From: Octopus sinensis
Taxonomy: Eukaryota
DNA length: 64,000 bases
Assembly: GCF_006345805.1 (NCBI RefSeq)
Contig: NC_043002.1
Span: 49,414,001 to 49,478,000, forward strand
Reading direction: 5' to 3'
The translations under genes and the position numbers were made by a program. Below are positions 50,456 to 63,103 of the stretch, one piece after another; within the stretch, counting starts at the first letter, position 1; each line of letters opens with the position of its first letter. Below the pieces are notes generated by a model. It had not been told where the DNA came from and searched no databases. It worked only from the letters and a program-made list of their open reading frames with translations.

Positions 50456-50585
50456 ATATTTTGATAAAAATGCAAAAACTTTCTTGCTTTTATCAATGAT
50501 AAATTCTTAAAGCATTTTCTTCTTTGTTTTTTGATATAGATTTATTCTAAGGAAACCGTTTAATCTTTGCAATATATTATACATG

Positions 50586-50812
50586 CGAAGGCGACGAGTC
50601 TGGCCGGATCGTTAGCATGCCGGACAAAATGCTTAGCGGCATTTCGTCTGTTTTTATTCTCTGAATTCAAATTCCGCTGAGGCCGACTTTGCCTTTCATC
50701 CTTTCGGGGTCGATGAATTAAGTACCACTGAAACACCAAGGTCGATGTAATCGATAGTCCCCACAATCAAAATATCAGACTTTGTGCCTATACTAGAAAG
50801 GATTATTATTAT
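50586..50812 (+). mobile_element. SINE family C with (ATT)n tail
   Basis: Head and central domain match. Confidence 0.85.
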
Positions 50813-50832
50813 TACTGCTATGTTTATTTTTA

Positions 50833-51040
50833 AGGTTGTGAGCTGGCAGAATCGTTAGCACACTGGACGAAATGCCGCTAAGCATTTCGTCTGTTTTTAC
50901 GCTCTGAGTTCACATTGCACCGAGGCTGGCTTTGCCTTTCATCCCTTCGAAGTCGATAAAATAAGTACCAGCTGAATACTGAGGTCGATGTAATCGACTG
51001 TCAAAATTGTTGGCCGTGTACCAAAATTTGAAACCAATAT
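50833..51040 (+). mobile_element. SINE family C
   Basis: 'gtgagctggcagaatcgttagc..gtcgatgtaatcgact'. Confidence 0.8.
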
Positions 51041-52276
51041 AATATAAAGGTGTATCTGTGTGTGTGTGTGTCTATGCCTATGTGTATGCATGTATACATA
51101 CATTTATTGTGTATGTATATATATATAGACGCACGTATATAGTGAGGTGTATATCTCTGTGTGTATGCCACGTGAAGACAAAGAATGAGAGAGGGGGCAA
51201 AAAGAGAGATATACAGGCATTTTATGTGTATTTGCATGTATTAGATATGTGTATACATTTATTTATATACACTTATGTATGTATGTATGTATGTATGTAT
51301 GTATGTATGTATGTATGCATGTACGTATGAAAATGTATGTATTAATTTGTTTCAGTCGAACTCTCCAACATAGTAAAGTTCTAAATTTACAAAAACATGG
51401 CTTTGGCCTAACATGAAAAAAAGTCATGAATATTCAGTTATGGCGATTATAGCTGACCAGATGGCCGTAGCAAGAGCAGTCGATCAATTTGTAACAACGT
51501 TGTTAAAATAAAATGTATTGACTCGTGCTATGCAGACGACACTGTTCTTATCAAAGTGAAACACTAGTTTTGCACACGGTCCCAGACCATTAGCTTTCTA
51601 CTTCAGTCATGCGCAGTGACTTGAAAGATTTATAATCATTTCTGATTTATATTATCATCAAATTCTTAATAATTTCTCAGTCGGTTTTATCTCAAAATAA
51701 CTCAACTTTACTGAAGGTAAACTTGTTATTCCCAGTAACTCTTAGTCATTATATATATATATATATTTCATCATATAATGTATTTCTGCAATTGTCGCCT
51801 ACACTGAAGTCACTCGTGTCTATTGCTGAAAATGAATTGATATAAGATAAAACAATAGATTATCGGCTGAGCTTGCTGCTATTCTTCATCTCTTAGTTAA
51901 CTTTGATCCAGAGCAACTTCGCCACGAGACGTTCCATCCATGAACATCTCAACCTTCTTTCAAATGTAATGTGCCTTGTAATGTGTACATGTAATGTAAT
52001 GTGTACATTCTTTCAAATGTAATGTGTCTAAGATTTTGTCCTAGGCAAAACATTAAACTGCATCGGTGTTGAAGCTCCAGCATGGGAGTTCAAGAATTTC
52101 TAGCAGTATAGAATTACTCCTAAGCCTCCATTATTCCTAGGTCTGCCCTGGCCTGGGGTTTGCATCTGTCAATGGATTCAGTTATAAGTCAAATAACAGA
52201 AGATGGGCCTGTCGCTAAGCTAAGGCATACGGGATTCGGAGACTCGACTGTCCACTAGCCCATTACAATGTGGATA

Positions 52277-52595
52277 AGGGCATGGCTTAGTCATTCGAGT
52301 TTTCAGTTCACGATCGTGAGGTCGTGAGTTCGATACCCAGTGACGAGTTGTGTTCTTGAGCAAGGCAAAGTTCACGTTGGTCTAGTCCACTCAGCTGGCA
52401 AAAATTAGTAGTACCTGTATTTTAAAGGGCCAGCCTTATCACACTCTGCGTCACGCTGAATCTCCCTGAGAACCATGTTAAGTGTACACAGGTCTGTGGA
52501 GTGCTCAGTCACTTACAAGTCAATTTCACGAGCAGGCTGTTGCGTTGATCGGATCAACTGGAAACCTCGTCGTCGTGACCAACGGAGTGTCAGTT
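52277..52595 (+). mobile_element. SINE family E (B-related head)
   Basis: 'ttcacgatcgtgaggtcgtgagttcgatacc'; tail shared with 36015-36250. Confidence 0.75.
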
Positions 52596-52817
52596 TTATA
52601 TATAGACATGTCCTGATGTCACGTGAACCATTTCCTTTACCTAAGGGTTAAATAGGCCCAGTAATTTATGAATAAAGGAGACTAGCAAAGTAAGCTATAG
52701 ATAAATTGACAGGAAACATCAGGAAATGGTTGCGGTATATTTACTAAGAAAACTTATGAATCTTCAAAAATTTGGCAGGAAAATCCAGGATCGCCGACAC
52801 CGATAGACATGGCTCAT

Positions 52818-52892
<75 letters not shown>

Positions 52893-53224
52893 GGGAGAGA
52901 CAGACAGACAGGCAGGCAGACAGCAGACAGACAGACAGAGACAAACTAAGAATGCATTATTCAAAATGTCTTTTTTTAAGACAGAAAGGTGTAATTTGAA
53001 GGCGATTCGACTGCTATTTCTAGCAGGTCAAGTTACCTGACAAATGTACCTTCGAATCTTGATGCAATATTGATTGCTATTGTCTGTCAGTATGTTTTCT
53101 TTTAATCAATACTAGCTGTGTCTCTGTAGACAGTTAAGGAGAGTCCTCTCTCACAGATAAAGTCTCAACAGAGAATTGAAATTAATTCATTTACTACCCA
53201 TAAATATATTGCATACACAAAGGA

Positions 53225-53700
53225 CGTGTTTACATCTATTACATACACTAGTGGATAAAAAGTTTTAGGTAGTTTTATTCTGTAATACAGTAAAATATTG
53301 AAATGTAATTGGTTCATAAGCAGTGTCTCCGTGGATAGTTAAAGAGGGTTTACTTAAGAAATCCCAATACAGGAGTGAAACTTGTCCCACTAGCTCCGAT
53401 TGACCAAGATGTTGGCAAAGAGGTTGGTACATGTCGTCGATGGTAAACGTTCGCCATCCCGAATAGATTTATCCACGACACCCTCCACCTCTTGGAGCTA
53501 CATTATAGAAAGCATGGATTAAAAACCTGGCCTGAATGGAACTTTGATGATTTTATATCAATCGAAAGCTTCCGATAAGGTCGACAACAAATACTTGCCG
53601 GCTGTCCTCATAGCAGATGATTTTGGTCCCTTCTTCCACGGTTGGGTCGCTGAAATGTATAGCAACCATTCAGTATCATGCGCTCGGTCCGTCAAGATTA
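53225..53700 (-). mobile_element. Possible very decayed Tc1/mariner 3' fragment
   Basis: Terminus 'TACACTAGTGGATAAAAAGTT' resembles Tc1-type TIRs; weak P..PD.NPC.F-like segment. Confidence 0.3.
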
Positions 53701-53829
53701 TCCCCCCCCCTCATCTCTTCTGTATGTCCCGACATTTGAGCCACTACTGCGAAAACTAGAGACATTGAGGGCACCCAGTACAAATTGGTGTGCGGAAAAT
53801 GGTGTCGACATATATAGCGCATACATATA

Positions 53830-53986
53830 TACGACGGGCTTCTTTCAGTTTCCGTCTACGAAAGCCACTCACAAGGCTTTGGTCGGCCGAGGCTATAGTA
53901 GAAGCCATGGTGCCACGCAGTGGGACTGAACCCGGAACAATGTGGTTGGTAAGCAAGCTACTTACCACACAGCCACTCCTGCGCCT
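53830..53986 (-). mobile_element. SINE family A 5' half
   Basis: 'accacacagccactcctgcgcc' head reverse complement. Confidence 0.85.
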
Positions 53987-53994
53987 ATAACTGG

Positions 53995-54240
53995 GCAAAC
54001 TACGACACAGACTTCATGAAGACCATCATCACTGCCACTGATACAAGCGTTTGTTAGCTCTACTCGATGCATTCGGTCATTTTGCGTGAAAACGAAACTC
54101 CTACAAGCACACAAGACTCTGTACTCAAAGCGCAACAGCCGGGACTGACGAGGCCTACCGGCGCAGTAAGGGTGGCTTTTGCCCGCACGGCATTAGTTTT
54201 GGTGGGAAAAATATAATCGGATACTTTATAAAACACACTT
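53995..54240 (+). mobile_element. Internally deleted mariner fragment
   Basis: DTDFMKTIIT..(D)T resembles the mariner F...IITGDETW motif; 3' 'cggatactttataaaacacact' is TIR-like. Confidence 0.45.
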
Positions 54241-54250
54241 TGTATATATA

Positions 54251-54652
54251 GGCGCAGGAGTGGCTGTGTGGTAAGTAGCTTGCTTGCCAACCACATGGTT
54301 CCGGGTTCAGTCCCACTGCGTGGCACTTTGGGCAAATGTCTTCTACTATAGTCGGACCGACCAAAGCCTTGTGAGTGGACTTGGTAGACGGAAACTGTAA
54401 GAAGCCTGTCGTATATATGTATATGTATGTTTGTGTGTGTGTGTTTGTGTGTCTGTGTTTGTCCCCCATCATCGCTTGACAACCGATGCTGGTGTGTTTA
54501 CGTCCCCGTAACTTAGTGGTTCGGCAAAAGAGACCGATAGAATAAGTACTAGGCTTACAAAGAATAAGTCCTGGTGGTCGATTTGCTCGACTAAAGGCAG
54601 TGCTCCAGCATGACCGCAGTCAAAGGACTGAAACAAGTAAAAGAGTAAAAGA
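54251..54652 (+). mobile_element. SINE family A, full length, low apparent divergence
   Basis: 'ggcgcaggagtggctgtgtggtaagtagcttgcttgccaaccacatggttccgggttcagtccc' through 'aaacaagtaaaagag'. Confidence 0.9.
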
Positions 54653-54684
54653 GTATATAGAAGAACGTCACATTATGGTCAGAA

Positions 54685-54870
54685 TGTTGCACTTAAAATC
54701 GTAAGATTATAGTTTCGATTCCTGGACCGGACGATACAGACGTTCTTCAATTCCATTCTGGTGGCAAAAATGAGTAATCGATCCTGGAACTGACCGGCGT
54801 CTCGTCAACGTGGGAATATACACGTCACGAAATCTCGGGAAACCGGCTTTATGAGCCTGAAACGGGAAGG
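54685..54870 (+). mobile_element. SINE (28135-type) degenerate copy
   Basis: 'atcgtaagattatagtttcgattcctggaccgg..gggaaaccggctttatgagcctg'. Confidence 0.6.
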
Positions 54871-54940
54871 ACCTTTGATCCTACGATATATATTTATATA
54901 AATACATAGCATATATGTGTGTATGTGTGTGTGTGTGGTC

Positions 54941-55112
<172 letters not shown>

Positions 55113-55409
55113 GGATAGCGAAATATCAACTCAGCTAAGCCAGCCATAAAATGGGACGATAGTTAAGTAGACAGCTAGAAATAAATGACGGATGATCGAA
55201 TGAGAGGTTGTGAATGGAGCAACTCTGAAAGAAAGAGGAGAGAAGAGACAATAAATGTCTCACAGGTACATACACACAAGCGTACATAGACGTTACGCAC
55301 ACACACGCACATTCATATATATATATGTGCGCGTGTGTGCGTGCTTGTGTGTAAGGTATGTTGTAAGGAGGGTCAGTTGAGGTGAGACAGCACAATAGGT
55401 AGGAAGGAC

Positions 55410-55424
55410 TGTGTCTACAATACA

Positions 55425-55482
<58 letters not shown>

Positions 55483-55488
55483 GTGTGT

Positions 55489-55537
<49 letters not shown>

Positions 55538-55543
55538 TGTGTG

Positions 55544-55576
<33 letters not shown>

Positions 55577-55620
55577 TTATATGTATGCATATATATGTAT
55601 TTATATGTATGCATATATAT

Positions 55621-55652
<32 letters not shown>

Positions 55653-55694
55653 ATATATATATATGTATGCATATATATATATATATATGTATGC

Positions 55695-55750
<56 letters not shown>

Positions 55751-55900
55751 ATATATATGATCTCAAATCTAATCGACACTTGGAGAAAATTAGTTGATTT
55801 GTCAATGTCTAGCTGTCTACACATGTGTGTATGTATGTATGTATGTATGTATGTATGTATGTATGTATGTATGTATGTATGTACGTAAGTATGTATGTAT
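55410..55900. repeat. Compound (TA)n/(TG)n/(TATG)n block
   Basis: Directly visible. Confidence 0.95.
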
Positions 55901-56143
55901 GTATGTGTGCATGCGTTTCCGCGTGTTTTGATATAAGAGAACGTTTGTCTCAGCATACATATGTGTGTGTGTGGGGAGGTGTAAATGTATACACACTCAT
56001 ATATGTACGTATATAAATACGTAGAGGTATAGATGTATGTATACATATGTATGCACATACATATACACTACCATCAGACAAGCATTTAACTAGATCATAT
56101 AAGGTACAATCATATATATTTCTTCCTATTTAAACGCGCGCAT

Positions 56144-56214
<71 letters not shown>

Positions 56215-56249
56215 GGAAGTGCTTTAACACATTCATATGTGCATACCTG

Positions 56250-56709
56250 CATACATACATTCATACATACATGATGGCTGCCCCCTCGTTATCGAGTATG
56301 GCCATTGCACGAAGCTTAACTGTTATTGGTGCTGTGATCGAATGTGACTTTTCAGCCCACCTAAAGATCTACAATATCTTGTACAGAATTGCCAACTAAA
56401 ACCTCTACCGGTAATAGCCGGCTGTAGTTGTAACTGGGATTCATGTACCTTTGCATGATGTCGTTTAAGTCCTCCTGCCGAATTACACTCTCTTCCACAT
56501 GCCCGACAGATATGATTAGTATAGTGTGTTACACTATCACCAGTGGCCAGGTTGTCACTCATCTGTCTCGTTTTATGACTACGAAGATGACTCTTGAGTC
56601 CAGCTTTACTGAAGCAGAGTCTTGCACAGACATTGCACGTCAGAATCAAAGGAAGACCCTTCTCATCTGGAAATGTAACAGCGATGCCCTTCCTGGCATC
56701 CCTCCTTAC

Positions 56710-56712
<3 letters not shown>
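56250..56712 (-). mobile_element. RTE-type LINE 3' end encoding three C2H2-like fingers, embedded in (ATGT)n
   Basis: K.RR.ARK..CNVCARLCFSKAGLKSHLRSH, CRACGRECNSAGGLKRHHAKVH, (W)QFCTRYCRSLGGLKSHIRSQH*; short 3' UTR ending ggcagccatc-(ATGT)n. Confidence 0.7.
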
Positions 56713-56741
<29 letters not shown>

Positions 56742-56743
56742 CA

Positions 56744-56774
<31 letters not shown>

Positions 56775-56859
56775 TTGTCTATAAATATTCCAAGTGTTCT
56801 ATCTACCATAAAAAAGTGTGGGGGTAAAAAGATACAGCTCCTTCTCCCCTTCATATACT

Positions 56860-57065
56860 CATAGGGCCGGTTTCCTTGATTCTCTAGCGTGTATACCCCC
56901 CCTCCTCAGGATGGAACGCCAGTCCATCGCAGGATTACTCATTTTTGCTAGCTGACTGGACTGGAACAGCGTGAAATGACGTGTCTCGCTCAACGCATCA
57001 CTCAGTACAGGAATCGAAACTACAATTTTAGGATCATGAGTCCAACGCCCTAACCACTAAGCCAC
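56860..57065 (-). mobile_element. SINE (B/E-related head) degenerate copy
   Basis: 'gactggaacagcgtgaaatgacgtgtctcgctcaa..ggaatcgaaact..cctaaccactaagccacg'. Confidence 0.65.
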
Positions 57066-57345
57066 GATCTATTTATTAAATCATGGAATAAGAGGCAGAA
57101 TATTCCGCAGACAATTGTATCTTCAACATAATCACCCGGCAGAATCAACACAAGACATCGTGTGATTTACAAGAACAATTCATCTGATAAGCTTCCGCAT
57201 AGTTTCCTCAAAAATCTATTCGATTTAATTCAGAAGCCGTGGGTTGATCCAAGGATATGGTAAAAGGTATTTACTTAAGGCGCTACGTCGTAGAATCGCA
57301 CTCGTGTGATCATGGTTCCCGAAGCGGACTTCTTAACAACTAAGT

Positions 57346-57383
57346 CTGCACCCAAAGCTACACGCGTGTAGCTTTGGGTGCAG
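57346..57383. repeat. Perfect 38-bp palindrome, no spacer
   Basis: CTGCACCCAAAGCTACACG|CGTGTAGCTTTGGGTGCAG. Confidence 0.95.
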
Positions 57384-57824
57384 TGTCGGCCACGTGCACA
57401 TGCAGCAATGAATGCATCTCTATTAATTTCGACCCAAGAATACATATTCAGCTGAGCTATCAACTGAACGACTGAACTGGTGTCGATATAGCTACGTATA
57501 CCGCAGAAACGCCTATTCTTAACGAAATTCCCGGACAGAATCAGTAAGGCGTAACGTATGACGAGTTTGTTCCCTTGAATTACAAGCAGCTGACGGGTTT
57601 CAGTATAATTTAAGCCTTCACGAAAATTGCTAGATCTCTTTCGTATATAAAATTTTAGCGCAGGCAATCAATCCGAGGCTTATTTTAAACAACACTTGAT
57701 CAAGACGCCACGAACTACCCACGAACCTCGGACTCCACGTTTAAGAAACAAACGTCTTAACCATTCATATGTGTGTGTGTGTGTGTGTGTGTGTTGTGTA
57801 GGTGTGTAGGTGAGTATATACGTA

Positions 57825-57970
57825 TGTGGGTGTGTGGTGAGAAGCTTGCTTCCCAGCCACATGCTTCCGGGTTCAGTCCCCCTGCGTGGCACCTTGGGCA
57901 AGTGTCTTCTGCTATAGCCTAGGGACCACCAAAACCTTGTAAGTGGATTTGATTGACGGAAACTGTCGTG
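57825..57970 (+). mobile_element. SINE family A 5' half
   Basis: 'gtgtggtgagaagcttgcttcccagccacatgcttccgggttcagtccc'. Confidence 0.85.
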
Positions 57971-57994
57971 TATGTATGTATATACAGTATATAC

Positions 57995-58128
57995 ATTTTT
58001 TCTCTATCTGTTTATTTCTGTGTCCCTTTCTGTCGAAGAGCGTAGGCTCGAAATGTAAAAGACTTTCTTACTTCCCGAGCGTTAAACTAATACATCTGTC
58101 TGTTGTTTACACACCCGTCTTCGTCTCA
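57995..58128 (+). mobile_element. PLE terminal repeat, U6-hammerhead family (motif 58026-58061)
   Basis: cttt-CTGTCGA-a-gagc(gtag)gctc-GAAA-TG-TA-aaag; ends in (AT)n. Confidence 0.7.
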
Positions 58129-58171
58129 ATATATATATATACAGTATATATATATATATATCTATATATAT

Positions 58172-58205
<34 letters not shown>

Positions 58206-59098
58206 GGGTAAAATCCAACGGGAAAACAGAAAAAACAACAACACGTGGAACAATTACAGTATTATTATTATTAGGTGCTCATGAAAATGGAAGAAGGAGG
58301 GTATGACGTTTCGAGCGGAGCTCTTCGTCGGAAACATAGGAGAAAGAAAGATCCCGAGACGGGAGGACAGAGGGAAAAAAAATTGCAGGTAGTCTTCACG
58401 AGGTCACATACTAAAAAGACGGAAGTGGTAAAAAAGGAGGAAAATGTTTTTTAAAAACAGGAGAGCTGAATCAAAGAGGGAATGGTAAAAAAGGTGTGCG
58501 AGATGACGAGGGTGTGTGTGTGAGTGTGTGCGTGTGTGTGTATGTGTGTGTATGGTGGACAGTGGCTAGTAGCAGGCAGTAGTAGAATTAAAGGAGTGGT
58601 GTGGGGGTACCCTAGCAAGTCAGAAAGGCAGATCAGAAACAGGGAGGTATGTGTGTGTGCGTGTGTATGCATGTGTGAGTGTGTGCGTGTGCGTGTGTGT
58701 ATGTGTGTGTGAGGCGAGATAAAAAAACAAAAAATATGTATATGTTAGTGCGTGCAGGGCGAACAGATGACATAGGAAGTCTCGAGTGAGTGGTCAGTGG
58801 TAAAAAAAGGAGGAAGGAGGGAAGAAGGGAAGGAGGGAAAGGGTGGGGGCGTATGTAACGTGCCAGTGTGTGTGTTGAGTGGTAGTGTGTGTGTGTCCAG
58901 TGTGCGTAGTTGTGTGTATGGCAAGTAAATTTGAAGTGTGTGTAAGTGTAATGTATATATATATGCAAATGTGTGTGTGTATGTGTGTGCGTGTGTGTAC
59001 AAAGAGGGGGGGGTTAAGGAAAAAACTGCAGCGGAGGGAGGAGGAGAAAGGGGAAGATGGAAGAGTGGTCCCGCGGCGACAGGCGTGGGAGAACCCAA
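58206..59098 (-). mobile_element. PLE terminal repeat, sister family with long C/A-rich UTR; both ends in (TA)n
   Basis: Same architecture as 48500-49423 (degenerate FS.R..AP.G..S tail, UTR, hammerhead-like motif, 'ccc|tata' 3' end). Confidence 0.65.
58301..58335 (-). ncRNA. Minimal type I hammerhead-like motif, C4 variant
   Basis: gttt-CCGACGA-a-gagc(tcc)gctc-GAAA-CG-TC-atac; GUC triplet, U4 replaced by C. Confidence 0.55.
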
Positions 59099-59194
59099 AT
59101 ATATATATATATATATATAAAATATTATTCGAGACAAAACCACTATTTTGCAAAACAAACAAGGAAAGACTTAATCAATACATAAAATTTTAAT

Positions 59195-59248
<54 letters not shown>

Positions 59249-59283
59249 ACACACTCACATACATACATAAATATATATATATA

Positions 59284-60548
59284 CGAGGGGCGTTCAATAA
59301 GTAATGCCTCTGACCCACTTGCAGTTGTTTGATCCAGCTGAAATTTTGCATGTGCAATTATCTATATCTCTATACATTAAGTGGTAAATTACAGCTCTGA
59401 ACTAATTGTGGTTTCTGATTTACAGGTGTTTGAACTGAGTCAAGTGTGAAATGGAGCCTGTTGAGTGTCGGGCAGTGATCCGCTTTTTATATTTGGAAGG
59501 ACGCACACCACGGAAGACTTTTGATGAAATGAAAGTAACTTATGGTGATGATGCCCCATCATATGACCTTGTAAAAGGAACTCTGTGGAAATAGCTCCCA
59601 GATCTGGTTGCCCCCCTACTGCTATTGATGAGGCATCTGTCCATCAAGTTGAGGCTGCCATTTTGGAAGATCGACGCATAACTATTCGCCAAATAGCCCA
59701 TGAGGTCAAGATTAGTACTGGGTCTGTGGAAACCAATCATTCATGACCATTTGCATATGCAAAAGGTGTCTGCCAGATGGATTCCCAGGTTGCTCGCACC
59801 TTTCCGGAAGCAAGAACGCGTCGAGTGCTTGAGGATGAATTTGGAGATGTGCCAAGAAGATGAGTCAACATTTTTCAAAAGACTGATTACACAGGATGAA
59901 ACCTGGGTCCATCACTATGAACCAGAGACAAAAGCCCAGTCAATGCAGTGGAAGCACCGTGACTCACCTCCTCCAAAGAAGGCAAGGGTGCAGCCCTCCA
60001 CTAGCAAGGTCATGCTCATAGTCTTCTGGGACCAGGACGGAGTAGTGATGACAGATTTCCTGACAAAGGGTACCACAATTACAGGAGCCTATTATGCTTC
60101 ACTTTTGATGAAATTAAGAGAAGCTATCAAAATCAAGAGGCGGGGCAAGATCAGCAAAGGCATCCTCCTCCTGCAGGACAACGCTCCGGTCCACAACTTG
60201 ATGGTCGCCAGATCAGAAGCACAGGCGTGCGGCTATGAACTCATCCCCCATGCCCCTACTCTCTTGACCTTGCACCCTCGGATTTTCACCTCTTCCCAGC
60301 CATGAAGTTGTTTTTGAAAGGAAAGCGTTTCTCAGATGATGCAGCCTTGATTTCTGAAGTCACGTCGTGGTTGGAGGACCAAGCTGGGGTCTTCTACAAA
60401 AACGGTCCCCAGAGCTGCATCAAACGATGGGAGAAATGCGTAACTCTGGGTGGTTTCTATGTAGAAAAAGACTAATAACTGTGCCAAGTTTCGTTGCTCT
60501 ACTGCTATGGGAAGTCGGTCAGGGGCCTTACTTATTGAACGCCCCTCG
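59284..60548 (+). mobile_element. Mariner (DD34D) element, both TIRs and TA target duplication; transposase pseudogene 59451-60475
   Basis: 32-bp TIR CGAGGGGCGTTCAATAAGTAA(T/G)GCC(T/C)CTGACC, TA at 59282-59283 and 60549-60550; WIPRLL, TQDETWVHHYEPE, FWDQDG, QDNAPVH..(Y)S.DLAPSDF with 34-aa spacing; frameshifts near 59577, 59735 and 60255. Confidence 0.95.
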
Positions 60549-60589
60549 TAAATGCATACTTACCTACAGAGAGAGAGGAGGGATAATGG

Positions 60590-60740
<151 letters not shown>

Positions 60741-61438
60741 ATAAATATACATCCAGCCTTATATTATGTATATACACATAACAGACATACGTACATACAT
60801 ATACGCACGTTCATATCTACATAAGTACATACACGTATACATGCACACATCACATACACATATACACCCATCTGCACGCTCACACACACACACACACACA
60901 CACATACACACATACAGTGAAGCACAATACAGAGAACAGAACGAAGCCATCTCTTTTCCATCAGTAAAGCGACGTTGTATAATAAATTAGCAAGCTAATG
61001 ACTAGCAACTGTAGTTCAAATGATGGATATAGTGACGTCTACAAATACATCGGACTAGATAAATTATAACTGTAAGTTTGGTTTCTTACACAGTAGCGGA
61101 CTTAGAAAACTACAGACTTCAACGAACGGTTTACTAAGCCTATTAGCCATTATCGTGTCGGTAGAATAGCACTCCAATGTGTTTCTTATCCTAACAAACA
61201 CACAGGACATATGCGTGTAAATGTGTACATGGGTCTTTTTATGTGTGTGGTCTTGCTTTGTATGTATATGTGTGTGTATATGGAAGTATGTCATAAGATC
61301 GGAGTGGTTAAAAGATCGCATTGCAATCATATTGTTCAGTCCAACAACGCGGCACATTGAGTGACTTCTACTATAACCCCGAGACGACTAATGCCTTGTG
61401 AGTGAACCTCGTAAACAGATACTGTATGGAAGCCTGTA

Positions 61439-61471
<33 letters not shown>

Positions 61472-61473
<2 letters not shown>

Positions 61474-61690
61474 AAATGGGACAAGAATGCAAAACATTCA
61501 AATAGACGATACAAAACACACGGATGGGTCATTCGAAGCCTCTAATCTTCAGTCAAGAACCGGATCATCCTCACAATTTCGGCTGATTAATTTTGAGATT
61601 GCTCCGAGCTGACCAGCCCCAAGGAAAAACTAAGCTACGAGCATTAGATTTCTTGGAAAAATTGATCGAATGTATACGAAACAAGGACAG
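61472..61690 (-). mobile_element. Possible PLE-type terminal repeat with degenerate CTGAAGA..GAA motif
   Basis: Abuts (TA)n; CTGAAGA at 61552-61546 but GAAA and the helices are not intact. Confidence 0.35.
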
Positions 61691-61754
61691 AAAACGGACG
61701 ATGTTACACTTGGGCAAGTTTCTTCTACTACAGCTTTGGGTCGAACAAAGGCAT

Positions 61755-62080
<326 letters not shown>

Positions 62081-62160
62081 GTGAGTATGTAGGTATGTAT
62101 GTATGTATGTAGGTAGATAGGTAGGTAGGTAGGTAGGTAGGTAGGTAGGTAGGTAGGCAG

Positions 62161-62572
62161 GCGCAGGCGCAGGCGTGGCTGTATGGTAAGAAGCTTCCTT
62201 CACAAACTACACGCTTCCAGGTTCAATCCCACTGCGTAACACCTTGGGCAAGTTTCTTCTACTACAGCCTTGCGTTGAACAAAGCTTTGTGAGTGGATTT
62301 GGTAGAAGAAAACTGAAAGAAAACCTCGTATATGTGCGTGTGTGTATGTGTTTGTATGAGTGTGTGTGTCTGTGTCTTGGTGTTGTTTGTCCCTCCACTA
62401 CTGCTTGACAACTGGTGTTGGCGTGTTTATGTCCCCGCAAAATAGCGGTTCGGCAAAAGAAACCGATAGAATAAGTACCAGGCTTCAAAGAAAATAAATA
62501 CTGGAGCCGATTCATTCGACTAAAAATCCTTTGAGGTGGTACGCTAGCATGGCCGCAGTCTAATGACTGAAC
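62161..62572 (+). mobile_element. SINE family A
   Basis: Full-length match. Confidence 0.85.
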
Positions 62573-62634
62573 TATGTGTGTGTTTGTGTGTGTGTGTACA
62601 CACACACATATATATGTTGTATATCTGAGAGACC

Positions 62635-62930
62635 CCCTTCGGTCACAACACAGACCATGGGATTGCACTTAGAAAGTTACCCTCCTAGGCACAAGTCCAG
62701 TCAAGGTTGTTTATGGAAGACCAGCAGTCGCCCATGCATACCGGCCTCCCCACTCCACGCTACCAGTGTTATCCAAGGGAAAGGCAACGGCCGGTACAGC
62801 TTGGCACCTGTGACGTCGCAACTCATTTCTACAGCTGAGTGAACTGGAGCAACGTGAAATAAAGTGTCTTGCTCAAGAACACAACATGCAGTCCGATCCG
62901 GGATTCGAGCTCACAGCCTCACGATCGTAA
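62635..62930 (-). mobile_element. SINE family B
   Basis: Match to the reverse complement of 44961-45290. Confidence 0.85.
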
Positions 62931-63103
62931 GACCAGAGTTCATAGATCAGTGAGATATACACACAGCTACCCAAAAGTTTAAGATCACCTAAACTTATTT
63001 TGAAAAAAATCATCTACAAAATGGAAATAACTAAGAGATTCTGGTGAAATATTTTATTTATGTATAGTTACATTCATTGGGTGGAGGCACATGGCCTAGT
63101 AAA

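Noticed and set aside
54145-54170. CTGACGAG-GCC-TACC-GGC hammerhead-like start
   Set aside because: No GAAA or stem III/I follows; it lies in a mariner fragment
56323-56772. Host C2H2 zinc-finger gene
   Set aside because: No TGEKP linkers or splice acceptor, and it has a LINE-like 3' UTR and tandem tail; better explained as an RTE 3' end
59700-60305. Possible SETMAR/domesticated transposase
   Set aside because: No SET domain; bounded by TIRs and TA duplication and frameshifted, so an ordinary mariner copy
61526-61556. Minus-strand CTGAAGA..CGAATGAC as a functional hammerhead
   Set aside because: GAAA and the helices are not intact; at most a decayed relic
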